Below, piece by piece: positions 55,995 through 64,000 of a DNA stretch of 64,000 nt. Below the pieces are notes generated by a model. That model ran no database searches. It was given only the letters and a program-made list of their open reading frames with translations, and was not told the origin of the DNA. Every line of letters begins with the position of its first letter. Position 1 is the first letter of the stretch. The DNA is taken from the NCBI GenBank assembly GCA_052390235.1, contig JBQTHB010000005.1, positions 64,001 through 128,000 on the forward strand. The letters are read 5' to 3'. Made by a program: the position numbers and the translations under genes. Source of the stretch: Deltaproteobacteria bacterium. Its GTDB lineage: Bacteria > Desulfobacterota_D > UBA1144 > Nemesobacterales > CSP1-2.

Positions 55995-57474
55995 AGGTTT
56001 CGACAAGCTCCCTCAGCCTCTCAGTAATCGAGCGGGTTATTTGATGCGGCAGAAATCTCCACTCCCAATTGCCCCTAACCGTCGCCGGAAGGTTCATCCT
56101 CGACGAGCCTCCGAGTCCAAGAATGTCCTGCATCGGAACTATCGCGTAATCGGCTACGGAAGCCATAGCGAGCCGGATAAACTCCCAATGCGCGCTCTCC
56201 GCCGCCGCCCGGCTTCGGGAGTATATACAAAACCGCCCCCTCTCTTCAGGGGTTGATTCGGACTCCCACCAGCCTCGCACGGTGTTGTTATCATGAGTGC
56301 CGGTATAGACGGCGCAGTTCTTAGAGTAGTGGTGTGGGAGATAGGGGCTTCGCGGGAAATCCCCTCCGAAGCCGAATATGAGGAGCTTCATCGTCGGAAA
56401 GCGAAATTCCTCTATGATCTCGACGACGTCGGGCGTGATGACTCCGAGGTCTTCGGCAATTATGGCAGGCGACCCGAAACGCGCCGCAAGAGCGTCGAAG
56501 AAATCCCGCGCCGGGGCTTCCCGCCATCTGCCGGCAATGGCGGTCTCCTCCTCAGCCGGAATCTCCCAATAGCCGACAAACCCTCTGAAATGGTCGAGGC
56601 GCACAATGTCAAACAGCCCAAAATTATGCCCCATCCGCCTCATCCACCACTCGTATCCGCCCCCGCGGAGCGCGTCCCAACGATATACCGGATTGCCCCA
56701 CCTTTGGCCCGTTTTACTGAAGTAATCAGGAGGCACTCCGGCAACGGTTACGGGACGGCCCGCCTCGTCGAGGTTAAAGATGCCGGGACTCGCCCAAACA
56801 TCCGCGCTGTCCCCTCCGACGTATATCGGCACATCGCCCACGATTTTGACTCCGCGATTATTACAATAGCTCCTGAGCGCACCCCACTGGCTAAAAAAAA
56901 GGTACTGGAGGAATTTCTCCATCCGAATCTCGGCGCGGTATCTGCCCGACAGTTCTCGGATGGTGTCCGGCGCTCTATCTCGAATATCTGCGTCCCACTC
57001 GCTCCAGGCGGTCTGAAATCGCCGCTTTAGAACGGCAAACAGGGCGTAGTCATCAAGCCAAAAGGAATTCTCAAGGCAGAATTGCTCGAAGTCGGGGGGT
57101 GCGGCGGTCGCCTCAAAATTTTCGTAAGCCCTCTGAAAAAGCCGGAGCTTATATCGCGCCGCCCCCTCGTAATCCGCTCTATCCGAGGGAAAGCCGGGAA
57201 TCGGGTGAATGTCAGCCTTGCTCAGAAATCCTGCCTCGATGAGCAAATCCGGGCTGATGAGAAGCGGGTTTCCGGCGAAAGCCGAGGGACTGCTGTAGGG
57301 GGAGTTGCCAAACACGGGCGATGTTACGTTGAGCGGGAGAATCTGCCAGAGGGTCTGCTTCGATTCGGCAAGGAAATCCACGAACCGGCGCGCTCCCATG
57401 CCGAAATCTCCGACGCCGTAGGGAGAAGGCACAGAGGTTATGTGAAGCAGTATTCCGCTTGCTCGTTTGCTCAT
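55957..57474 (-). CDS. malQ: 4-alpha-glucanotransferase (amylomaltase)
   Basis: SGILLHITS, WQILPL, GVPPDYFS, RLDHFRG, AEDLG and TGTHDN. Confidence 0.96.
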   Translation of the reverse strand: MSKRASGILLHITSVPSPYGVGDFGMGARRFVDFLAESKQTLWQILPLNVTSPVFGNSPYSSPSAFAGNPLLISPDLLIEAGFLSKADIHPIPGFPSDRADYEGAARYKLRLFQRAYENFEATAAPPDFEQFCLENSFWLDDYALFAVLKRRFQTAWSEWDADIRDRAPDTIRELSGRYRAEIRMEKFLQYLFFSQWGALRSYCNNRGVKIVGDVPIYVGGDSADVWASPGIFNLDEAGRPVTVAGVPPDYFSKTGQRWGNPVYRWDALRGGGYEWWMRRMGHNFGLFDIVRLDHFRGFVGYWEIPAEEETAIAGRWREAPARDFFDALAARFGSPAIIAEDLGVITPDVVEIIEEFRFPTMKLLIFGFGGDFPRSPYLPHHYSKNCAVYTGTHDNNTVRGWWESESTPEERGRFCIYSRSRAAAESAHWEFIRLAMASVADYAIVPMQDILGLGGSSRMNLPATVRGNWEWRFLPHQITRSITERLRELVETYDRWSEPSDNTI

Positions 57475-57536
57475 GGTTTTTGCCTCTTTGAACTTGGCAT
57501 AGCTTAATCGAAACCGCCCGAATTACGCGCCGCCCC

Positions 57537-59954
57537 CTAGCCTTCAGTGCGAATGTTGAGCCTGCGCCCGATGGAAGCAAAGCGCTTGACCCACGCCGCC
57601 GCGCCCCTGTCTCCCCACTCGGCTCGGCTCTTTATATCGAAATACCTGCCGCGCATAATATCATAATACGCGTTCTGGGATTTCCAAAGGCGGATTTGAA
57701 TCGGCAGGGAGGCGACGGCTTCGAGGAGAGAGTCCGCCCCCTCAAGCGCCCGCAAATCAGAGGGCTTCTTTGCAATTTCATCGAATATTGCCTCTAGCTT
57801 CTGCTCGATTGCGGCGTTAAGCGGGGGGTATTCGAGAGCTACCCCCTCGGATTTAGCCTCGCCGGCAAGGGATTTTATTAGCTCGACACCCGCCGACTCA
57901 ATGACAGGGGCAGAGAAAACTCGCAGAAGGTCGCGGCTTATCACAAACTCTGCCGCCGCGCGCAGTTCCGGCGGCGCAGAGCGTCCAAGCCCCGCGAGAG
58001 TGCGCATAAAAGAGCCAAAGCGCGAGTGAATCTGCCGAAACACAGGCTCGGATTCGGACTCTGCGGCTTCCATAAGGGAACTCAGCGCCGCCCTTTGGTC
58101 GTCCATGAGGAGCGAGTCGAGAGTAAACCCCGAGCCGCCAAAAATAACGCCGAAAAGCCCAAGGACGCCCGCAAAATCCCCGCTCTCGAAAGCCTCGATG
58201 ATGTTCCCCTCCGCTTCCGGCGCGCTGGCGCGGCAGGCCCCGGCGCTTATGGAATTTCCCCGAATCGCCGCCGCATAGAAAAGCGCATCTGATTCGCGGG
58301 TGATTTCCGATGCCACCCTCGCCCGCCCAAGGACTAGCCTCGCCCCGCCCTGCCCAAACGTATTTTCATACTCCCGCTCTATCTCATGGGAATAAACTCT
58401 CGCCGTTGCCGATTCAAACAGCCGCCGCGCGGCGAAGTGGGCGGCGATTTTCTCGCGGCTGACTGCGGCTGGTTTTACGAATTTTTGGTATATTTCCCTG
58501 CCGTCGCGGTGTTCGGGGATGTTGCTCTTTGCCTCCCCCAGAAGCCCGATAAAACGCTCCTCGATTGGGACGGCGAATAGGTCTTCGGCAAGCTCGACGG
58601 CTCTTGCGGCGTATTGAATTATCTGCGCCGTCTCGATGCCCGAGAGTTCATCGAAGAACCAGCCGCAGCTCGTAAACATGAGCATCGCATGCCGCTGAAG
58701 CTCAAGGAGTTTGAGTGCGCGGATTTTCTCCTCAGCGCCGAGCTCGCGGCAGGCATGGCGACTCAGGAATCGCTCGACGTTCTCATGAGCGCGGTTTCCC
58801 ACAACAGAAATATAGTCGTTTCTTGCCGCCCACGAGTCTCTCAGCAACTCCCCCGCGCCCTCCTCGTAAAGCGCGCAGATTTCGTCCCTTAGCCAGTCGA
58901 GAGCCTCTCTCAGCGGCGTCCTCCAGAGCTGATTCCAAAGGGGTCTTCCGCCGGAGTTACAGCCGCAGTCCGCCCTCCAGCGTTCAATCCCGTGATGGCA
59001 ACTCCACGAACTGCCGTCAAATATTCGGGCTTCGTGGGCTGGGGGGTTCATCTCCAAAAACTCGCCGTAATTCGTAATGCGCGCAAGCCCCTTGGATTCG
59101 ATGTGCCGCGCGGCGTAGGCAAGTCCCATATCGCCCCGCCTGTGGTGATGCCCGTAGCTCTCCCCGTCGGTCGCAATGTGGACAAGCTCAGGGGATTTCC
59201 CGTCCTCTGAAAACCCTCCGGCGAGACGCTCCGCAAACCGCTCGCCGCTCGAAAGCGCGCCCTCGAAGGCGACTGCGCGGGAGAGCGCTCCGTCGTAGAA
59301 AAACACGGCTATACTCCTTCCCGAAGGGAGCGAGACCCTATAGGGAACCCTGGTATTCACCCTGCCCCCGCTGGCATCCCTCCAAATTGCCCCTCCCGCC
59401 TCCCTTGAGCGCGCCGCCTGATACGGCGACAGAATGGTAAAACGGATTCCAAGCTCGGCTAGGACTTCAAGGGTTTCTAAATCCACAGCGCACTCAGGTA
59501 GCCACATCCCTTCGGGCTTCCTCTGGAAATGACGCTCGAAATTCCTCACTCCCCAGAGGGTTTGGGTGAATTTATCGCGCCGGTTTGCGAGGGGCATAAT
59601 GACGTGATTGTAAGCCTGCGCCAGAGCCGAGCCGTGTCCGCGGAAGTTTTTTCGGCTCTCGCGGTCGGCGTCGAGGATTGCGCGGTAGGCGTCGGGGGAT
59701 TTTCTCTCAAGCCAGTCGAGGAGAGTGGGGCCAAAATTGAAGCTGATTTTCGAGTAATTGTTTACTATCTCAACGATACTTCCATCGTCCCCCAGAATAC
59801 GGGAGGAGGCGTTCTGTGCGTAGCATTCGGAGGTTATGCGCTCGTTCCAGTCGTGAAATGGATGGGCGGAGTCCTGCCGCTCGATTTCCTCAAGCCACGG
59901 ATTTTCCCGCGGCGGCTGATAAAAATGCCCGTGAATGCAGATAAATCTGCTCAT
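57537..59954 (-). CDS. GH57-family glycoside hydrolase with DUF3536
   Basis: CIHGHFYQPPRENPW, GMWLPE, ATDGESYGHH and TSCGWFFDE. Confidence 0.9.
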   Translation of the reverse strand: MSRFICIHGHFYQPPRENPWLEEIERQDSAHPFHDWNERITSECYAQNASSRILGDDGSIVEIVNNYSKISFNFGPTLLDWLERKSPDAYRAILDADRESRKNFRGHGSALAQAYNHVIMPLANRRDKFTQTLWGVRNFERHFQRKPEGMWLPECAVDLETLEVLAELGIRFTILSPYQAARSREAGGAIWRDASGGRVNTRVPYRVSLPSGRSIAVFFYDGALSRAVAFEGALSSGERFAERLAGGFSEDGKSPELVHIATDGESYGHHHRRGDMGLAYAARHIESKGLARITNYGEFLEMNPPAHEARIFDGSSWSCHHGIERWRADCGCNSGGRPLWNQLWRTPLREALDWLRDEICALYEEGAGELLRDSWAARNDYISVVGNRAHENVERFLSRHACRELGAEEKIRALKLLELQRHAMLMFTSCGWFFDELSGIETAQIIQYAARAVELAEDLFAVPIEERFIGLLGEAKSNIPEHRDGREIYQKFVKPAAVSREKIAAHFAARRLFESATARVYSHEIEREYENTFGQGGARLVLGRARVASEITRESDALFYAAAIRGNSISAGACRASAPEAEGNIIEAFESGDFAGVLGLFGVIFGGSGFTLDSLLMDDQRAALSSLMEAAESESEPVFRQIHSRFGSFMRTLAGLGRSAPPELRAAAEFVISRDLLRVFSAPVIESAGVELIKSLAGEAKSEGVALEYPPLNAAIEQKLEAIFDEIAKKPSDLRALEGADSLLEAVASLPIQIRLWKSQNAYYDIMRGRYFDIKSRAEWGDRGAAAWVKRFASIGRRLNIRTEG

Positions 59955-59996
59955 GCGAGTTTGCCAGCCAGCGGGGCGCAGGATTGAATCATCGCG

Positions 59997-60362
59997 CTAC
60001 CTCCCCCTCAAATATTCGTCCAGTAGAGCGACATTGCGCGTGTTCGCCTTCCACGCCGCATCGAATAAATCCCCCGCTACAGGCACGGCCCCGATAATCA
60101 CCTCGATGGCGATATTCAGGAGCATCCTCGCGAGAACTCCCCTGGGCGCTCCCATCCGATATGCCTCGGCAACTATAACCCCCGAAAGTATCCCTCCGGC
60201 TATGTCTCCAACTCCGGGGATGAGACCGATAATTGCATCAAGCCCGATTCGGTATCCGAGAGCCGGGATTTCAATAGAGTTATCCAGCAGATAGGCAAAC
60301 CTGCGAATCCACCTAAGGCGAGCGCCCTCGCCGCCGTAGAAATTTTCATAGCCCACAGACAT
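59997..60362 (-). CDS. DUF4112 domain membrane protein
   Basis: LLDNSI..P...RIGLDAIIGLIPGVGD...GDLFDAAWKANTRN. Confidence 0.88.
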   Translation of the reverse strand: MSVGYENFYGGEGARLRWIRRFAYLLDNSIEIPALGYRIGLDAIIGLIPGVGDIAGGILSGVIVAEAYRMGAPRGVLARMLLNIAIEVIIGAVPVAGDLFDAAWKANTRNVALLDEYLRGR

Positions 60363-60417
60363 TTACGCGCCTCCTGCTCAGCAATATGAAAAATTGACCG
60401 AGATTAAATCCCAAATT

Positions 60418-62331
60418 CTAAGCCCCCGGTTTTAGAAATAATACTCCAAGCGCAGGGAGTGTAAGTGAGAGCGAATACGCCCTACCGTGAACCGCCGACG
60501 CCGACGCCTGCGCCCCTCCGAAATTGCCGATGCCGCTTCCGCCGTAAATCTCGGAGTCGCTGTTTAAAAGTTCCTTCCAGAAACCGCCCTGAGGTACCCC
60601 CACTACGTAGTTAAACCTCGCCACAGGGGTAAGGTTCAGCACTGCGAGAGTGCAGTTGCCGGGGTATCTCCCGCGCCGAATGAAACTTATCACGCTCTGC
60701 TCGGAGTCGCCGAAATCCACCCACTCGAACCCCTCAGGAGAGAAATCGAGTTCGTGGAGCGCTGTATCGGCTCTGTAGAGGCGGTTTAAGTCCGCAACCC
60801 ACCTGAGCATCCCCGCGTTGAGCGGGTTTTGGATGAGATGCCAATCGAGGCTCGCCTCGTGATACCACTCGCCCCACTGCGCGAACTCCGCGCCCATAAA
60901 TAGGAGTTTTTTTCCCGGCTCGGCGAACATATAGCCGAAAAGGGCGCGTAAATTGGCAAACTTCTGCCAGTCGTCTCCGGGCATTTTCCTCAGGACAGAC
61001 CCCTTGCCATAGACCACTTCGTCGTGAGAGATGGAGAGAACAAAATTCTCCGTGAACGCGTACCAGATGCTGAAGGTGAGGAGATTTTGCCAGTGTTTGC
61101 GATAAATAGGGTCGAGGGAGAAATAATCAAGCGCGTCGTGCATCCAGCCCATGTTCCACTTCATGCCGAACCCAAGCCCGCCCGCCGAGACCGGCCTTGA
61201 GACCATCCCCCAAGAGGTTGACTCCTCGGCGATGGTCTGAACGTCTGGGTAATTGCTATAGACGGCCTCGTTGAGCGTCCGAAGAAAATCTATGGCTTCG
61301 AGGTTCTCCTTGCCGCCGCGCTCGTTGGCAACCCACTCGCCCTCTTTACGGGAATAATCGAGGTATAGCATTGAAGCCACGGCGTCAACTCTTATGGCGT
61401 CAGCGTGGTATTTATCGAGCCAAAAAAGCGCGCTTGAGACTAAAAACTCCCTCACCTCGCGCCGCCCGTAGTTAAATATCCAGCTATTCCATTCGGGATG
61501 AAACCCCTGCCGCCTGTCCTGATGCTCGTACAGATGAGTTCCGTCGAAATAGGCGAGCCCGTGTTCGTCCCCCGGGAAGTGGGAAGGCACCCAGTCGAGG
61601 ATCACCCCTATGCCGTTTTGATGGAGCAGGTCAACCAGATACATAAAATCTTGAGGCGAGCCGTACCTGCTCGTGGGGGCAAAGTAGGAAACCGTCTGAT
61701 ACCCCCAAGAGCCGTAGAAAGGATGCTCCATCACCGGGAGAAACTCCACATGGGTAAATCCCGCTTCCTTGACATAGGAAGCGAGGGCGCGGGCTATTTC
61801 CCTGTAATTGAGATACGAGCCGCCCCGCTCAACGCATCTTTGCCATGAGCCGAGGTGAACCTCGTAAATTGAAATTGGAGCGTCGAGGGAATTTGCCCTG
61901 CGACGGTTTGCCATCCACTGCCCATCGCCCCAGTCATAGCCTAAATCCCAGACAACGGAGGCGGTTTTCGGAGGGGTTTCGGCGCAAAACGCGAATGGGT
62001 CGGCTTTATCAACCCGGTAGCCGCCGTATTTCGAGGCTATATGGTACTTATAAACCGCTCCGACGCCGACCCCTGAGATGAACCCCTCCCAGATGCCTGA
62101 GCCGTCATCCCTTTGACGCAGGGGGTTTGCGTCTGCGCGCCAGTAGTTGAAATCCCCGACGACCGAGACCGAGGCGGCGTTGGGCGCCCATACGGCAAAG
62201 CGCGCTCCCCGCTCCCCGCTCCCCTCCACGAGGCGCGAGCCTAACTTATCGTAAAGCCTGAAATGGTTTCCCTCTTTGAAGAGGTGAACGTCGTAGTCAG
62301 AAAATAGAGTCAATCCCGCGCGCATTTTCAT
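60418..62331 (-). CDS. glgB: 1,4-alpha-glucan branching enzyme (short N-terminus)
   Basis: [34 protein letters not shown] and SHDEVV. Confidence 0.96.
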   Translation of the reverse strand: MKMRAGLTLFSDYDVHLFKEGNHFRLYDKLGSRLVEGSGERGARFAVWAPNAASVSVVGDFNYWRADANPLRQRDDGSGIWEGFISGVGVGAVYKYHIASKYGGYRVDKADPFAFCAETPPKTASVVWDLGYDWGDGQWMANRRRANSLDAPISIYEVHLGSWQRCVERGGSYLNYREIARALASYVKEAGFTHVEFLPVMEHPFYGSWGYQTVSYFAPTSRYGSPQDFMYLVDLLHQNGIGVILDWVPSHFPGDEHGLAYFDGTHLYEHQDRRQGFHPEWNSWIFNYGRREVREFLVSSALFWLDKYHADAIRVDAVASMLYLDYSRKEGEWVANERGGKENLEAIDFLRTLNEAVYSNYPDVQTIAEESTSWGMVSRPVSAGGLGFGMKWNMGWMHDALDYFSLDPIYRKHWQNLLTFSIWYAFTENFVLSISHDEVVYGKGSVLRKMPGDDWQKFANLRALFGYMFAEPGKKLLFMGAEFAQWGEWYHEASLDWHLIQNPLNAGMLRWVADLNRLYRADTALHELDFSPEGFEWVDFGDSEQSVISFIRRGRYPGNCTLAVLNLTPVARFNYVVGVPQGGFWKELLNSDSEIYGGSGIGNFGGAQASASAVHGRAYSLSLTLPALGVLFLKPGA

Positions 62332-62569
62332 CGCCCTAAGTCCAGTAGTAAATATATCCTCGAAAAATCCGTCGGCAGCCGTCAAGGAATGATAACAAAT
62401 TATGATTTGATGCCCAAATCCTAGGTAAAATCCGGCAATCCGCTCATCCAATTTAATCTCTGTTAATTTCCACTCGATAGGACAAAGGCTTGATAATCAA
62501 GGCGAGTTGTGTTTATTATAGAAGCGAGGGGTTAGTGCAAATTCCGAGAGTACGGAGGAGGAAGCCAAA

Positions 62570-64000
62570 ATGAAAATAAACAATTTATGGCTGATATTTT
62601 TCATCACCGCCACCTTTTTACAGGCTCTGCCGAGAGAGTCCCATGCCGGAGTGGAATTGCTCGCCAAAGCCCCGGCGGATGAGTGCTTCTGCGGCATCGG
62701 GGACTCCCATAATGGCCCAATTAGCGCGTCAGCAAAAGGGGATTGCTCGGACATCGTATCCGATACCGGAGGGGCTTGCGTGCCAAAGAGGAATCAGTCC
62801 TACATTTGGGGGCTGACAAAATCGGGGAGGGTTCTGTGGTTCGGCACGGCTCCGAACGTGCTTTGCACGGGCGGCGCGCCTATCGGGATATTAGGCTCAA
62901 CCCCCTTTGTCCGCGCTGGATTTGTCGCCTGCGAATTCGGGGAGAGTAGCCTCGTGCCACCGCTGCCCGCCAGTCTTGGGGACTTCCGCCCGCCGAGAAT
63001 CTACACCTATGACCTCAACTCTAAAATGCTCGAACAGAGGTCTGTTGCGAGCTGCGGCGGAGCTGACCGAACGGCTCTGCTGAACGACACCGGGGGCTTG
63101 CGCTCGGCCGGAAGCCTTGGCAACGTCGTATTCCTCGCGGGACTCGGTATTTCAGGCGGCATCAACGTGTTCGCCTTCAGGGCAGATACGCGCGCCTGCA
63201 TCGGGGCGATGAAGCTCACCCAATTCGACGACATAAGGAAATGGCTCGTCCTCAATGGAATCCTCTACGCCGCCGTGGGCAATACGAACGGCGGAGGGAG
63301 CGTTCTGCGGTGGACGGGGACAGTAGCCAGTCCGTTTCAGTTCGCGGTCGTCGGAAATCTGGACGGTTTGGGGGCAAATATCGCATCCCATAACGGGCGA
63401 ATTTTCGTTACCACGTGGCCCGACATCCCCGAGAACGTAGCCCCCTCCACGCTGGTTAATTTCGGATTTGCCGGTCTCTACGCCAGCCCCACCGTGCCAA
63501 GGGCGGGACTGACGGCGGCAAACGCCGGGCAGTGGAGAAAAGTATGGCAGGCGACCGACTACGAGCCGGATAGAGTCATAGCGGCGGCTTACGCAGGAGG
63601 CGACCTAGCCTCATTCGGGGGGTTTCTCTACTGGGGAACCATGCACTTTCCCAATGTCTCTTTCCTTGTCCACGCCGCGTTCCGCGAGCCAGATACCCTC
63701 TCATGCGCCACAACTCACGCCGGAGACCAAGCGGCTATAGATGAATGCAGGGCGAGAAGAGACATTGCGCGCTCAGAGGCTTTCCGCACGTCGGCTATAT
63801 TCCGCGGCAACTTCGATTTTCTCCCATTCAGCAGGGTTGAATTGCTCTACGGGGACGCCTCGCTTCCGGTCTATAGTGCCTTGCAAGGGGTATGGGCGGA
63901 CCAGTTCAACGGCAACCTCGTCAGATTCCCCAGATTCGGCGCATCGGGCTTCAACAACCCGTTCAACCTCTACACCTGGACGATGACCGTATTTAACAAT
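62570..64000 (+). CDS. secreted hypothetical protein, probably a beta-propeller (3' end outside the window)
   Basis: GGAGG RBS, ATG at 62570, signal peptide, frame open to the window end (LLAKAPADECF, YIWGL, LWFGT, LYWGTMH, GFNNPFNLYTWTM); absent from the ORF track. Confidence 0.8.
   Translation, partial: MKINNLWLIFFITATFLQALPRESHAGVELLAKAPADECFCGIGDSHNGPISASAKGDCSDIVSDTGGACVPKRNQSYIWGLTKSGRVLWFGTAPNVLCTGGAPIGILGSTPFVRAGFVACEFGESSLVPPLPASLGDFRPPRIYTYDLNSKMLEQRSVASCGGADRTALLNDTGGLRSAGSLGNVVFLAGLGISGGINVFAFRADTRACIGAMKLTQFDDIRKWLVLNGILYAAVGNTNGGGSVLRWTGTVASPFQFAVVGNLDGLGANIASHNGRIFVTTWPDIPENVAPSTLVNFGFAGLYASPTVPRAGLTAANAGQWRKVWQATDYEPDRVIAAAYAGGDLASFGGFLYWGTMHFPNVSFLVHAAFREPDTLSCATTHAGDQAAIDECRARRDIARSEAFRTSAIFRGNFDFLPFSRVELLYGDASLPVYSALQGVWADQFNGNLVRFPRFGASGFNNPFNLYTWTMTVFNN

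Overview
A 64 kb bacterial chromosomal segment. Gene order and protein style suggest a Desulfobacterota-related lineage such as Ca. Dadabacteria, but that is inference only. In order it contains: a pentose-phosphate operon (tkt-rpiB-tal/pgi fusion-gnd-zwf-glk); def, rpmB and glyQS; zapB-like/zapA/ygfA/rny; prfA and ccsA; a PHA cluster (phasin, two short PhaE-like paralogues, class III phaC, phaB, phaR, dodecin, crotonase); a Tat-exported vanadium haloperoxidase; a Spy/ECF sigma/anti-sigma/RND efflux unit; a dapF with both catalytic Cys replaced by Ser; an orphan MacB-type permease; and an FG-GAP lipoprotein. Next is a decayed integron (about 41.7-49.0 kb) with a truncated intI, an attI-like site and about 8 cassettes: TrkH, a lipoprotein remnant, an uncharacterised two-gene TA-like pair, a stand-alone dynamin-like GTPase, hicBA, and secreted or membrane proteins. 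The window ends with nnr-tsaE-lysC-cimA, an MNT antitoxin with an internally deleted HEPN toxin, glycogen genes (malQ, GH57, glgB) and a partial secreted protein. The best leads are the integron cassettes (the dynamin and the unknown pair), the modular PhaE-like pair with a shared operator motif, the Ser/Ser DapF, the haloperoxidase leader, and a 6S-like rod overlapping zapA. I saw no rRNA, tRNA or CRISPR array. All calls come from reading the sequence by eye; no database search was run.
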